Below the pieces are notes generated by a model. The model was not told where the DNA came from. It saw only the letters and a program-made list of their open reading frames with translations, and searched no databases. The translations under genes were made by a program, and so were the position numbers. Positions 21,953 to 30,722 of a DNA stretch of 64,000 bases are shown here, piece after piece; position 1 is the first letter of the stretch; every line of letters begins with the position of its first letter. The stretch is from an uncultured Lachnospiraceae bacterium (GTDB lineage: Bacteria > Bacillota > Clostridia > Lachnospirales > Lachnospiraceae): NCBI GenBank assembly GCA_946558465.1, contig CAMNTM010000010.1, forward strand, positions 1,574-65,573, given 5' to 3'.

Positions 21953-23023
21953 TTACCGGGCTTTTATATAATAATTCTTCGAAATCTCTTTTATACATCC
22001 ATCAATTTCCAATGCGGTCAGTATCTGAAGCAGCTCTCTTGGAGACATTCCGGTACTTTGTATCAGCTCATCCGCACTTTTGGGAAACAAATCAAGGCAA
22101 CTATACACCAATTTTTCCTGAGTTTCAAGCACTATTTTATTTTTGTCTATATTTTTAATATTCTGCAGATTCAATTCCTCTAAAAAATCCTGAGGACTTA
22201 TCAATATATCTGCTCCCTGCTGGATCAGCCTGTGACATCCTGTGCTCAGCGGGCTTGTCACAGGTCCCGGCAGTGCGTAGACATCCTTTCCCTGCTCTAA
22301 CGCAAGATCTGCAGTAATAAGTGAGCCGCTTTTTTCCCTCGCCTCTATCACCAGAATTACATCCGACAGACCGCTGATAATCCGGTTTCTTCTCGGAAAC
22401 TGATACGGAAGCGGAGGCTCCCCCGGACACAGTTCAGACAAAATTCCTCCTGCTCCCTGAATATCCATATACAGCCCGATATGTTCTCTTGGATAACAGA
22501 TATCTGCCCCGCATCCTAATACAGCAAACGTTTTTCCTGCTCCATTTAGAGCTCCTCTGTGTCCGGCTCCGTCAATCCCTCTCGCCATACCGCTTATTAC
22601 CTGTATTCCGGCGCGCGCCAGCGCTTCCCCATATTCTAAAGCCTCTGCTTCTCCATAGCGGGTACACCTTCTTGCACCGACGATTGACGCCGATATTTTA
22701 TTTTCCTTTGGCAGCTCTCCTTTCACATATAAAGCGTAGGGCGGATCTGAAAGCTGGCTCAGACGTGCCGGATATGCAGCATCAAAATATGGAACAAACC
22801 TGATTTTCCGCTTTTCAAGCTCCCGATATCTATCCTCAAGCCCAGTCTCCCGTTTTGCCTGCCTTATAATTTCTCTGTCTTTCTCACGGAAACATTCTGG
22901 ATAAAAAAGCTTTTTTTCTTCTATATAGTATATTTCTCTTCCGCCTCCGCATTCCTCTCGGAGCATTCTTTTTTTCTTGTCGGCAAGAGCTTTTATCGAT
23001 GCCAGCCAGTACTCATAGATCAT
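21953..23023 (-). CDS. dprA: DNA-processing protein DprA (Smf)
   Basis: VSGMARGIDGAGHRGAL, the FPRRNRIISGLS motif, and a C-terminal wHTH. The dprA-topA-codY order matches Bacillus. Confidence 0.9.
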   Translation of the reverse strand: MIYEYWLASIKALADKKKRMLREECGGGREIYYIEEKKLFYPECFREKDREIIRQAKRETGLEDRYRELEKRKIRFVPYFDAAYPARLSQLSDPPYALYVKGELPKENKISASIVGARRCTRYGEAEALEYGEALARAGIQVISGMARGIDGAGHRGALNGAGKTFAVLGCGADICYPREHIGLYMDIQGAGGILSELCPGEPPLPYQFPRRNRIISGLSDVILVIEAREKSGSLITADLALEQGKDVYALPGPVTSPLSTGCHRLIQQGADILISPQDFLEELNLQNIKNIDKNKIVLETQEKLVYSCLDLFPKSADELIQSTGMSPRELLQILTALEIDGCIKEISKNYYIKAR

Positions 23024-23029
23024 ATCTCT

Positions 23030-24568
23030 CTACCTCCCCCAGTATTTTTTATCCAGCGTACGATACCCAAGTGCCTCTTTCAGATGTTCCGTACCGATTC
23101 TTTCTCTTCCTTCCAGATCTGCAATTGTCCTTGCCACTTTCAAAACTTTGTGATAGGTACGCGCTGTGAGACCGAGATTGGTAAACGCCCGCCTCATCAA
23201 ATGCTCCTCTTCTTTTTCAAGCCGGCAGTACTTTTCAATCTCCTTCGCCCCCAGCATGGCATTTGTTGACATCTCCAGTCCCTGATAACGTCTGCTCTGG
23301 ATTTCTCTTGCTATGCATACTCGTCTCCGTATCTCTGCAGAGGTTTCCAGCTTTTCATTTCTTCTGATAACCTCGTATTCCACCCGCGGCGCTTCAATAC
23401 AGATATCAATGCGGTCCAGAAAAGGCTGGCTGATACGGCCAAGATACTGCTGTACCTGTCCTTCCGTGCAGGTACATTTCGTAACATCCGGGTAATTGCC
23501 GCATGGACAGGGATTCATGGCAGCCACCAGCATAAAACCGGCCGGAAACACATAATTTCCCCTGCTTCTTGTAATTCGAATCTGATGCTCTTCCAACGGC
23601 TGCCTCAGTACCTCCAGAACCTGTTTGGGAAACTCTGCCAGCTCATCAAGGAATAATACTCCTCCATGAGCCAGACTGATTTCTCCCGGACACGGCACGA
23701 TACCTCCGCCAATCAGAGCTGCTTTTGTAGCTGTATGATGAACACTCCTAAACGGTCTTCCGGTAATCAGCGGATATCTTTTATCTACTAATCCCAAGAC
23801 ACTGTAAATCTTTGTAATCTCCATACTTTCTTCCATAGAGGGCGGTGGAAGAATCGTAGGAATCCGTCCGGCTATCATGGATTTTCCACTTCCCGGCGGT
23901 CCGATTAAAAGCAGATTATGCCCTCCTGCAACTGCTACCTCTGATGCCCTTTTTAACGCCTCCTGCCCCTGAACATCACTGTAATCAAGCTGTACTGCCC
24001 CAGATAAATCCTTTTCTATCTCCCGCACACTTCCGGAATATGGCTTAATTTTTCTTTCTCCTGTCAGGTGCTCGCAGATCTCCTTAAGACTTCCGGCCCC
24101 AATAATCTGAATTCCATCTATCAAAGAGCCTTCTCTTATGTTTTGTCTTGGCAGAATGCAGGTTTTACATCCTGCTTTTTGGGCTTCAGACACAATCGGC
24201 AGGACCCCTGCCGTTTCCTGTATCTGACCGTTCAGGCTCAGCTCTCCCACAGCTACTGTATGCTTAAGCGCATCCGCCGGGATACTTCCAATAGAAGACA
24301 ACACCGCCAGCGCAATGGGAAGATCAAAGGATGGACCATGCTTCTTTACCGTTGCAGGCGACAGATTAATCACAATTTTTTTAGGAGGAAGAATAAAATC
24401 CGAATTTCGGATTGCTGTACGTACCCGCTCAGAAGCCTCCTTCACCTCCGAGGAAAGATAGCCTACCATATGAAACATAGGAAGACCGCTGCTTACATCC
24501 GCCTCCACCTGAAGCATCTCTACATGAAGCCCCTGAATTACGGCAGATGTCACTGTACTAAATGCCAT
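23030..24568 (-). CDS. comM: YifB/ComM family Mg-chelatase-like AAA+ ATPase
   Basis: An N-terminal Lon-like domain, Walker A GPPGSGKS, Walker B VLFLDE, and a C-terminal ChlI_C-like region. Confidence 0.92.
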   Translation of the reverse strand: MAFSTVTSAVIQGLHVEMLQVEADVSSGLPMFHMVGYLSSEVKEASERVRTAIRNSDFILPPKKIVINLSPATVKKHGPSFDLPIALAVLSSIGSIPADALKHTVAVGELSLNGQIQETAGVLPIVSEAQKAGCKTCILPRQNIREGSLIDGIQIIGAGSLKEICEHLTGERKIKPYSGSVREIEKDLSGAVQLDYSDVQGQEALKRASEVAVAGGHNLLLIGPPGSGKSMIAGRIPTILPPPSMEESMEITKIYSVLGLVDKRYPLITGRPFRSVHHTATKAALIGGGIVPCPGEISLAHGGVLFLDELAEFPKQVLEVLRQPLEEHQIRITRSRGNYVFPAGFMLVAAMNPCPCGNYPDVTKCTCTEGQVQQYLGRISQPFLDRIDICIEAPRVEYEVIRRNEKLETSAEIRRRVCIAREIQSRRYQGLEMSTNAMLGAKEIEKYCRLEKEEEHLMRRAFTNLGLTARTYHKVLKVARTIADLEGRERIGTEHLKEALGYRTLDKKYWGR

Positions 24569-24744
24569 TCATATACCTCTTTTCATTTTTTAATTAACAA
24601 GGATTTCTTTCGGCTGGAACCGCCGTGAAAACCAGATATTTAAGCAGACAGTCCGATAGATTAAGAATATAATGCTCCTGTCTGAATGTAGGGCCAGTAT
24701 ATCACCTTTCCTTTGTCCCTGCAATAATTTTCTGTTGGAAAAGC

Positions 24745-24772
24745 ACAAAAACCTTTTCTTCGTCATAGATTA
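24745..24772 (+). promoter_or_regulatory. possible sigma-E/sigma-K-type promoter of sigK
   Basis: AC at 24745-24746, a 17-nt spacer, then CATAGATTA at 24764-24772 (CATAnnnTA). It lies downstream of the track ATG (24672) and upstream of the AAGAGGTG RBS. Confidence 0.3.
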
Positions 24773-24800
24773 TATCAAATACGCTAAGAGGTGCCTTGTC

Positions 24801-25418
24801 TTGAAATCATTTCCCCAACCCCTCACAGCCGCAGAAGAACGACATTACATGCAAAAATATACAGAGGGTGATCTTGAAGCAAAGCATATTCTCATCGAAC
24901 GAAACCTGCGCCTCGTTGCACATATTGTTAAAAAATACCAGTCCTTCGAGGATGATACGGAGGATCTTCTGTCTATTGGAACGATTGGTTTAATTAAAGC
25001 CGTTGTCACATTTGACCCCGACAAATGTGTACGTCTCGGAACCTACGCTGCAAGATGTATTGAAAATGAAATTCTTATGCATATGCGCGGCAAAAAAAAA
25101 TCATCCAGAGAAATTTCTTTATATGAACCAATCGGAACAGATCGAGAAGGCAATGAAATCCAGCTTTTCGACATTATCGAGACAGAGGAAGACGATGCCC
25201 ACCGCAAGGTGGAATTAAAAGACGATGTCCGAACACTGTATAACAAGGTAGAATCAGAGCTTTCCCCCAGAGAACGTATGGTTCTCAAAATGAGGTACGG
25301 ACTTTATAATGAAGAAGAATATACACAGCGGGAGATTGCAAAGCTTCTTGGCATCTCTCGTTCTTACGTTTCCAGAATCGAAAAAAGTGCAATTGAAAAA
25401 CTGCGCGAGTACTTTTAA
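24801..25418 (+). CDS. sigK: sporulation sigma factor SigK (apparently without a pro-sequence)
   Basis: FPQPLTAAEE, ERNLRLVAHIVKKY, YAARCIENEILMHMR and ISRSYVSRIEKSAIEKL match the SigK pattern (LVAHIVKK and ILMH distinguish it from SigE). I place the start at in-frame TTG 24801, 7 nt after AAGAGGTG. The alternative is ATG 24672. Confidence 0.8.
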   Translation: MKSFPQPLTAAEERHYMQKYTEGDLEAKHILIERNLRLVAHIVKKYQSFEDDTEDLLSIGTIGLIKAVVTFDPDKCVRLGTYAARCIENEILMHMRGKKKSSREISLYEPIGTDREGNEIQLFDIIETEEDDAHRKVELKDDVRTLYNKVESELSPRERMVLKMRYGLYNEEEYTQREIAKLLGISRSYVSRIEKSAIEKLREYF

Positions 25419-25553
25419 TACTTGCGCAGTTTTCCAGCCGCTTATTTGCGCTTTGCCTATCTTTATTACGGCACGCAGCAGATAAAACAAACCTGCCTGC
25501 ATATTTGACAGCAGATTCATGAAACAGACATACTTTTAAAACAGGAGAGCCTG

Positions 25554-26795
25554 CTACATGGGCTCGGCCCTCCTTAATATGTCGTATCTCTCTGCCTTAT
25601 TTTCTCCTAAATCTACATATAGTATTTGTTTTGGATGTGGAGCACTCTCCTGTTCCTGTCCTTCCTCGTCTATAATACTGCGGACCACAGCCTCCACATT
25701 CCGTCCATCCGGTTTCATAATTTCGATCATTTCCCCAACCGAAAATTTATTTCTTTGGGAAACCCGGTACAACCCATCTTTTTCTTCATCAATGATTCCA
25801 AGATAGGTATATTCCTTCATATAAGTATTACTGTCATATATCTGGCTCTCATCTCCCGGCTTCCCGAAATAAAAGCCCGTAGTAAACTGCCGGTAGGTAC
25901 AGTTTGAAATCTGATCCAAATACCAGGACATATGTGCCTTATAGAGTTTTGGATCCGTAAAATAATCATCAATTGCTTTTCGGTAGGTTCTGGCAGCCGC
26001 TGCCACATAAAGGGCAGTCTTCATACGTCCTTCTATTTTAAAGCTGTTAATTCCGGCTTCTACCATCTCCGGAATATGCTCAATCATACATAAGTCTTTG
26101 GAATTAAAAATATAAGTGCCTCTCTCATTTTCATAAACCGGCATGTATTCACCCGGTCTTGTCTCCTCCACTACTGCATATTTCCAGCGGCACGGATGAG
26201 TACAGGCTCCCTGATTAGCGTCACGTCCTGTAAAATAATTGCTCAAAAGACATCTTCCGGAATAAGAGATACACATAGCTCCGTGAATAAAGCTCTCGAT
26301 TTCCATCTCCTCTGGTATCTTTTCTCTGATTTCCCTGATTTCTGTCAGAGACAGCTCTCGCGCAGACACTACCCTCTTCGCCCCCTGCTTCCACCAGAAC
26401 CGATAGGTCCCATAGTTAGTGTTATTTGCCTGAGTACTGATATGCCTCTCTATCTCCGGACAGATTTCCTTTGCCAGCTCAAAGACTGCCGGGTCTGCAA
26501 TGATCAGAGCATCGGGAGCCAAAGACTTCAGTTCCTTCAAATATCTCTCTATTTCCGGCAGATCGCTGTTATGTGCCAGAATATTCACCGTCACATACAC
26601 CCGCACGTGGTGCGCATGCGCAAATGCAATTCCTTCCTGCATATCCTCCATAGAAAAATTCTTTGCTTTGGCACGCAGACCAAAGGCTTCTCCTCCGATA
26701 TACACTGCATCGGCACCAAAAATAACTGCGGTTTTTAATACTTCAAGACTGCTGGCAGGAATCAGCAGCTCCGGTTTTTTGTAATTCATCTGCAT
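25554..26795 (-). CDS. U32 family protein (YrrO/TrhP-like, RNA hydroxylation family; formerly called collagenase-like peptidase)
   Basis: KPELLIPASSLEVLKTAVIFGADAVYIGG and the Cys-rich segment CISYSGRCLLSNYFTGRDANQGACTHPCRW are typical of U32. ATG 26789 is an alternative start. Confidence 0.88.
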   Translation of the reverse strand: MQMNYKKPELLIPASSLEVLKTAVIFGADAVYIGGEAFGLRAKAKNFSMEDMQEGIAFAHAHHVRVYVTVNILAHNSDLPEIERYLKELKSLAPDALIIADPAVFELAKEICPEIERHISTQANNTNYGTYRFWWKQGAKRVVSARELSLTEIREIREKIPEEMEIESFIHGAMCISYSGRCLLSNYFTGRDANQGACTHPCRWKYAVVEETRPGEYMPVYENERGTYIFNSKDLCMIEHIPEMVEAGINSFKIEGRMKTALYVAAAARTYRKAIDDYFTDPKLYKAHMSWYLDQISNCTYRQFTTGFYFGKPGDESQIYDSNTYMKEYTYLGIIDEEKDGLYRVSQRNKFSVGEMIEIMKPDGRNVEAVVRSIIDEEGQEQESAPHPKQILYVDLGENKAERYDILRRAEPM

Positions 26796-26801
26796 ATTCT
26801 C

Positions 26802-27479
26802 CTAACATTTGTTTTTAAACACATGCTCTTTATGAAAAGTATGTTTGATACTTACCGCTACTCCGTCGCCCAGCGGAAGAATTGAGGTCTGCAGATCCTC
26901 TCTATGCTTAAGCTCATACAAATACTCCCGCATCCGGCTGTGGATGGTACGATTCCGCCGCTCTACCGCAAACCGGGACTCAATTACATCTCCGTCCTGC
27001 AGTATATTGTCCGACACAAGAATCCCTCCCGGGGCAAGGAGGCGGACTGCCTCCGGCAGATAATTCAGATATTGTCCCTTTGCCGCATCCATAAAGATAA
27101 AATCATAGTTTCCGGAAAGCGACTGCATCACCTGAAGTGCATCACCTTCTATAAGAACAATCCTTTCTTCCCTCCCAGCCCTTTTAAAATTTTCTCTGGC
27201 AACAGGAATTCTCTTCTCATAATTTTCTATTGTTGTAATGTGTCCATTTTCCGGCATATACTCACTCATTAAGAGTGCCGAGAACCCAACTGCAGTTCCA
27301 ACCTCCAGCACATGCAGAGGCTTTTTAATAAGAAGAAGCGTCTTCAGGAAGCTTTGGGTTTCTTTCCGGATAATCGGAATACGCGCCGACAATGCCTCCT
27401 GCTCAATTGTTTCTATGATCTCACTTTCCGGAGTTTCAAGTGAACAGATATATGTCGCGATTCTTTCATACATTTCCAA
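26802..27479 (-). CDS. class I SAM-dependent O-methyltransferase (YrrM/TrmR-like)
   Basis: VLEVGTAVGFSAL (SAM motif I), DFIFMDAAK, and caffeoyl-CoA-OMT-like length. Lies immediately upstream of the U32 gene, as yrrM does in Bacillus. Confidence 0.85.
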   Translation of the reverse strand: MEMYERIATYICSLETPESEIIETIEQEALSARIPIIRKETQSFLKTLLLIKKPLHVLEVGTAVGFSALLMSEYMPENGHITTIENYEKRIPVARENFKRAGREERIVLIEGDALQVMQSLSGNYDFIFMDAAKGQYLNYLPEAVRLLAPGGILVSDNILQDGDVIESRFAVERRNRTIHSRMREYLYELKHREDLQTSILPLGDGVAVSIKHTFHKEHVFKNKC

Positions 27480-27501
27480 TTTGGGACACCCCTTTCTGCA
27501 G

Positions 27502-27539
27502 TTGGGGACGGGGTATTTTTAATTTTACCCCGTCCCCAA
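27502..27539. terminator. GC-rich hairpin between rnj and the methyltransferase gene
   Basis: TTGGGGACGGGGTA (27502-27515) pairs perfectly with TACCCCGTCCCCAA (27526-27539): a 14-bp stem with a 10-nt A/T loop. A T-run follows only on the plus strand, so its role on the minus strand is uncertain. Confidence 0.5.
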
Positions 27540-27543
27540 TTTG

Positions 27544-29211
27544 CTAAACATCCATGATTATCGGCAGTATCATCGGCTTACGCTTTGTCCTGCGCCAGAT
27601 AAATTCATTCATTTTATCCCGGATTACAAGCTTAATCTTACTCCAGTCAGCATTCCGCTGATGTGTAAGACAATCCTCCACCGCTTCCGTAAGTACCTGT
27701 CTGGCTTCCTCCATAAGTCCTTCGGACTCCCTGACATAGACGAAACCTCTGGATACTATATCTGGCCCTGCGAGAAGCTGGTTGCTGCCTTTTTCCAGTG
27801 TCAGTACAACAATCATAATACCGTCCTCTGCAAGATGCTGGCGGTCCCGGAGTACAATATTTCCTACATCACCTACACCAAGACCGTCTACCAGTATTTC
27901 TCCGGTATGCACTTTATCTACTACCTTAGCCTCTTTATCATTTACCTCCAGTACATCTCCAGACTGCAGGAGAAATACATTTTCTTTTGGAATACCGAGA
28001 TTTTTCGCCAGTCCCGCATTTGCCTTTCTGTGACGATATTCTCCATGAATCGGCACTGCGTACTTAGGCTTTACAAGTGAGTAAATCAGCTTCAATTCCT
28101 CCTGACACGCATGTCCCGAAACATGTGCGTCTGAAAAAATAACGTTTGCGCCTTTTTCTGACAATTCATTGATGACCTTGGATACAGACTTCTCATTTCC
28201 CGGAATTGGATTGGAGCTGAAGATAACTGTATCTCCCGGCATAATTGTCACCTTTTTATGCACATCCGCCGCCATGCGGGAAAGAGCGGCCATCGACTCT
28301 CCCTGGCTTCCTGTCGTAATAAGCACGGTCTTCTCCGGCGGATAATTCTTAAGCTGGTCTATCTCCACCAGCGTATTTTCCGGTACATTCAGATATCCCA
28401 GTTCCTGCGCAACCTGAATAATATTTACCATGCTGCGTCCTTCTACCACAACCTTACGTCCATATTTGCAGGCAGAATTGATAATCTGCTGCACACGGTC
28501 CACATTAGATGCAAAGGTTGCAATAATAATACGCGTACTTTGATATTCCGAAAATATATGATCAAAAGTAATCCCCACCGTACGCTCCGACTGAGTAAAA
28601 CCCGGCCGTTCTGCGTTTGTGCTGTCTGACATAAGAGCCAGCACACCTTTCTTTCCAATTTCAGCAAAGCGCTGCAGATCAATGGCGTCGCCAAATACCG
28701 GTGTATAATCCACCTTAAAATCCCCGGTATGGACCACTATCCCAGCCGGTGAATAGATAGCAAGCGCTGCCGCATCCTGAATACTGTGATTCGTCTTAAT
28801 AAATTCAATCCTGAACTGTCCAAGATTGATAGACTGTCCATGCTTTACTACCTTTCTTCTTGTACTGCGCAGAAGATTATGCTCCGTAAGCTTTCTTTCA
28901 ATGATACCCATCGTAAGCTTCGTTGCATAAATCGGAAGATTCATCTCGCGCAGGACATAACAAAGTGCTCCAATATGATCCTCATGTCCATGCGTAATGA
29001 CAAAACCCTTCACCTTCTGGATATTCTCCTTCAGATAACTGACATCCGGAATCACCAAATCGATTCCCAGCATATCATCCTCCGGAAATGCCAGACCGCA
29101 GTCCACAACAATAATACTGTCTTCATATTCGAAGGCAGTAATATTCATTCCGATCTTCTCCAGTCCCCCGAGCGGAATGATTCTCATGTTTCCAATATTC
29201 TCTTTTTTCAA
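27544..29211 (-). CDS. rnj: ribonuclease J
   Basis: IIPLGGLEKIGMN, ITHGHEDHIG (metallo-beta-lactamase HxHxDH), and beta-CASP plus C-terminal domains. The TTG start at 29211 is supported by GGAGG 7 nt upstream. Confidence 0.95.
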   Translation of the reverse strand: MKKENIGNMRIIPLGGLEKIGMNITAFEYEDSIIVVDCGLAFPEDDMLGIDLVIPDVSYLKENIQKVKGFVITHGHEDHIGALCYVLREMNLPIYATKLTMGIIERKLTEHNLLRSTRRKVVKHGQSINLGQFRIEFIKTNHSIQDAAALAIYSPAGIVVHTGDFKVDYTPVFGDAIDLQRFAEIGKKGVLALMSDSTNAERPGFTQSERTVGITFDHIFSEYQSTRIIIATFASNVDRVQQIINSACKYGRKVVVEGRSMVNIIQVAQELGYLNVPENTLVEIDQLKNYPPEKTVLITTGSQGESMAALSRMAADVHKKVTIMPGDTVIFSSNPIPGNEKSVSKVINELSEKGANVIFSDAHVSGHACQEELKLIYSLVKPKYAVPIHGEYRHRKANAGLAKNLGIPKENVFLLQSGDVLEVNDKEAKVVDKVHTGEILVDGLGVGDVGNIVLRDRQHLAEDGIMIVVLTLEKGSNQLLAGPDIVSRGFVYVRESEGLMEEARQVLTEAVEDCLTHQRNADWSKIKLVIRDKMNEFIWRRTKRKPMILPIIMDV

Positions 29212-29213
29212 GT

Positions 29214-29699
29214 CTACACCTCCACGTGCTTTTCCGTACTATTTTGCTTTTCCCGGCATTCTCTGCACTGTCCATAGAACTTTAATTCGTGATCCAGCAC
29301 GTGAAATCCTGTCTCTTCCTCGATATGACGCTCAAGCTCCTCCAACAGGTCGTCCTTAAAAGGCAGAACCTTCCCACATTCTTTACATACTAAATGATGG
29401 TGATGGTGCTTTCCATGTGCATCCTCATACAAATTTTGTCCAATCTCATAACGCACACACCCATCATCCAAATTAATACGATCCACCAATTGCATTTCTA
29501 ATAACAGCTGCACGGTCCGGTAAATTGTTGCCAGTCCAATATCCGGATAATCCTCCTTTACGAGCTCATAGATATCTTCCGCAGTCATATGTCTGTCGCG
29601 GTTTCCTGACAGTACTTCTAATACAAGCAGCCTCTGATTCGTTACCTTAAGCCCCTTTTTCTTCAACATCTCCTTAAATTTTTCCTGACTGACTGACAT
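29214..29699 (-). CDS. Fur family transcriptional regulator (Fur, PerR or Zur not distinguishable)
   Basis: VTNQRLLVLEVL, ATIYRTVQLL, HHHHHLVCKECG and a second CxxC (CRECRE). Confidence 0.9.
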   Translation of the reverse strand: MSVSQEKFKEMLKKKGLKVTNQRLLVLEVLSGNRDRHMTAEDIYELVKEDYPDIGLATIYRTVQLLLEMQLVDRINLDDGCVRYEIGQNLYEDAHGKHHHHHLVCKECGKVLPFKDDLLEELERHIEEETGFHVLDHELKFYGQCRECREKQNSTEKHVEV

Positions 29700-29704
29700 A
29701 TTGC

Positions 29705-29962
29705 TTACCTTTCAATCTCTACATCTTCCAATAGCTCTTCAAATACTTTTGATACCGCAGTTAGTTCCTCGTCATCTTCCACAATCTCATAGATACTGTC
29801 GGATGCTTCCTCTGAAGATATGTCTTTTAAAATCAAACATTCTGCATCGTCTTCTTCCGAATCCGTTACAAGAATATAAGACACCCCATTTAATCTTGTC
29901 TGCTCCAGGACATAAAAATCTTCCTCCTGCATTTCCTCAGACACAAAAGTAATTTTCTCCAT
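29705..29962 (-). CDS. DUF1292 (YrzB-like) acidic protein
   Basis: 85 aa and very acidic. It sits between ruvX and downstream genes, as yrzB does in Bacillus. Confidence 0.75.
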   Translation of the reverse strand: MEKITFVSEEMQEEDFYVLEQTRLNGVSYILVTDSEEDDAECLILKDISSEEASDSIYEIVEDDEELTAVSKVFEELLEDVEIER

Positions 29963-29971
29963 TCTGACACC

Positions 29972-30397
29972 TTATTTTTCACTGAGAGAATCCAGATAAG
30001 ATTGTAATATAAAAACTGCCGCAATCTTATCAATATATTTCTTGCGGTCCTCTCTTCTCACCTTATTTTCAACTAAAACCCGCTCGGCCGAGACTGTCGT
30101 CAGACGTTCATCCCACATGACAACTCCAAGACCTGTCCGTCTTTTCAGCATCTCTCCGAACTCCATCGCTCTTTTTGCCCGTTCTCCAATTTCATTATTC
30201 ATATGCTTTGGAAATCCAAGAACAATCCGTTCTGCCTCATACTCCTGCACAAGCTCTTCAATACGTGCGCAAGTTCTGCGAAGCTTGTTCTCCTCCTTAC
30301 GGCATATTGTCTCAACCCCCTGAGCCGTAATACCCAGAGCATCGCTCACTGCAACTCCTACAGTTTTAGAACCATAGTCCAAACCAATTATTCTCAT
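29972..30397 (-). CDS. ruvX: Holliday-junction-resolvase-like nuclease RuvX (YqgF)
   Basis: [19 protein letters not shown]..., WDERLTT and [11 protein letters not shown]. Confidence 0.92.
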   Translation of the reverse strand: MRIIGLDYGSKTVGVAVSDALGITAQGVETICRKEENKLRRTCARIEELVQEYEAERIVLGFPKHMNNEIGERAKRAMEFGEMLKRRTGLGVVMWDERLTTVSAERVLVENKVRREDRKKYIDKIAAVFILQSYLDSLSEK

Positions 30398-30400
30398 ATA

Positions 30401-30664
30401 TTATACCCAGCCGTTATGCTCAATATACGTCTTAAGCATCTCTTCTACCAGCTCGTCACGCTCCATCTTCATAATCAGACTCCGCGCACTGTTATAGCTC
30501 GTAATATAGGTCGGATCCCCCGACATAATATAACCCACCACCTGATTCACCGGATTATATCCTTTTTCACTCAGCGCCTTGTACACAATCTCAAGAATAT
30601 CTTTTGCCTGAATCTGCGGAGCGCTTTCTACCTGAAAAAACTGGGTGTTGCTTAACTCCTTCAT
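30401..30664 (-). CDS. IreB family regulatory phosphoprotein (UPF0297)
   Basis: YNPVNQVVGYIMSGDPTYITSYNSAR is the family core. 87 aa, upstream of ruvX. Confidence 0.85.
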   Translation of the reverse strand: MKELSNTQFFQVESAPQIQAKDILEIVYKALSEKGYNPVNQVVGYIMSGDPTYITSYNSARSLIMKMERDELVEEMLKTYIEHNGWV

Positions 30665-30722
30665 ATACTCACGTCCTCCAAAATTACTTCTTTTATCATT
30701 CTACCTTATTGCTGCTCAAAAT

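Noticed and set aside
24672-24800. The ATG at 24672 as the sigK start, giving a 43-residue pro-sequence.
   Set aside because: It is not fully excluded. However, it has no RBS and the added peptide does not resemble known pro-sigma-K leaders. It also lies upstream of the best promoter-like motif. TTG 24801 with AAGAGGTG is the better-supported start.
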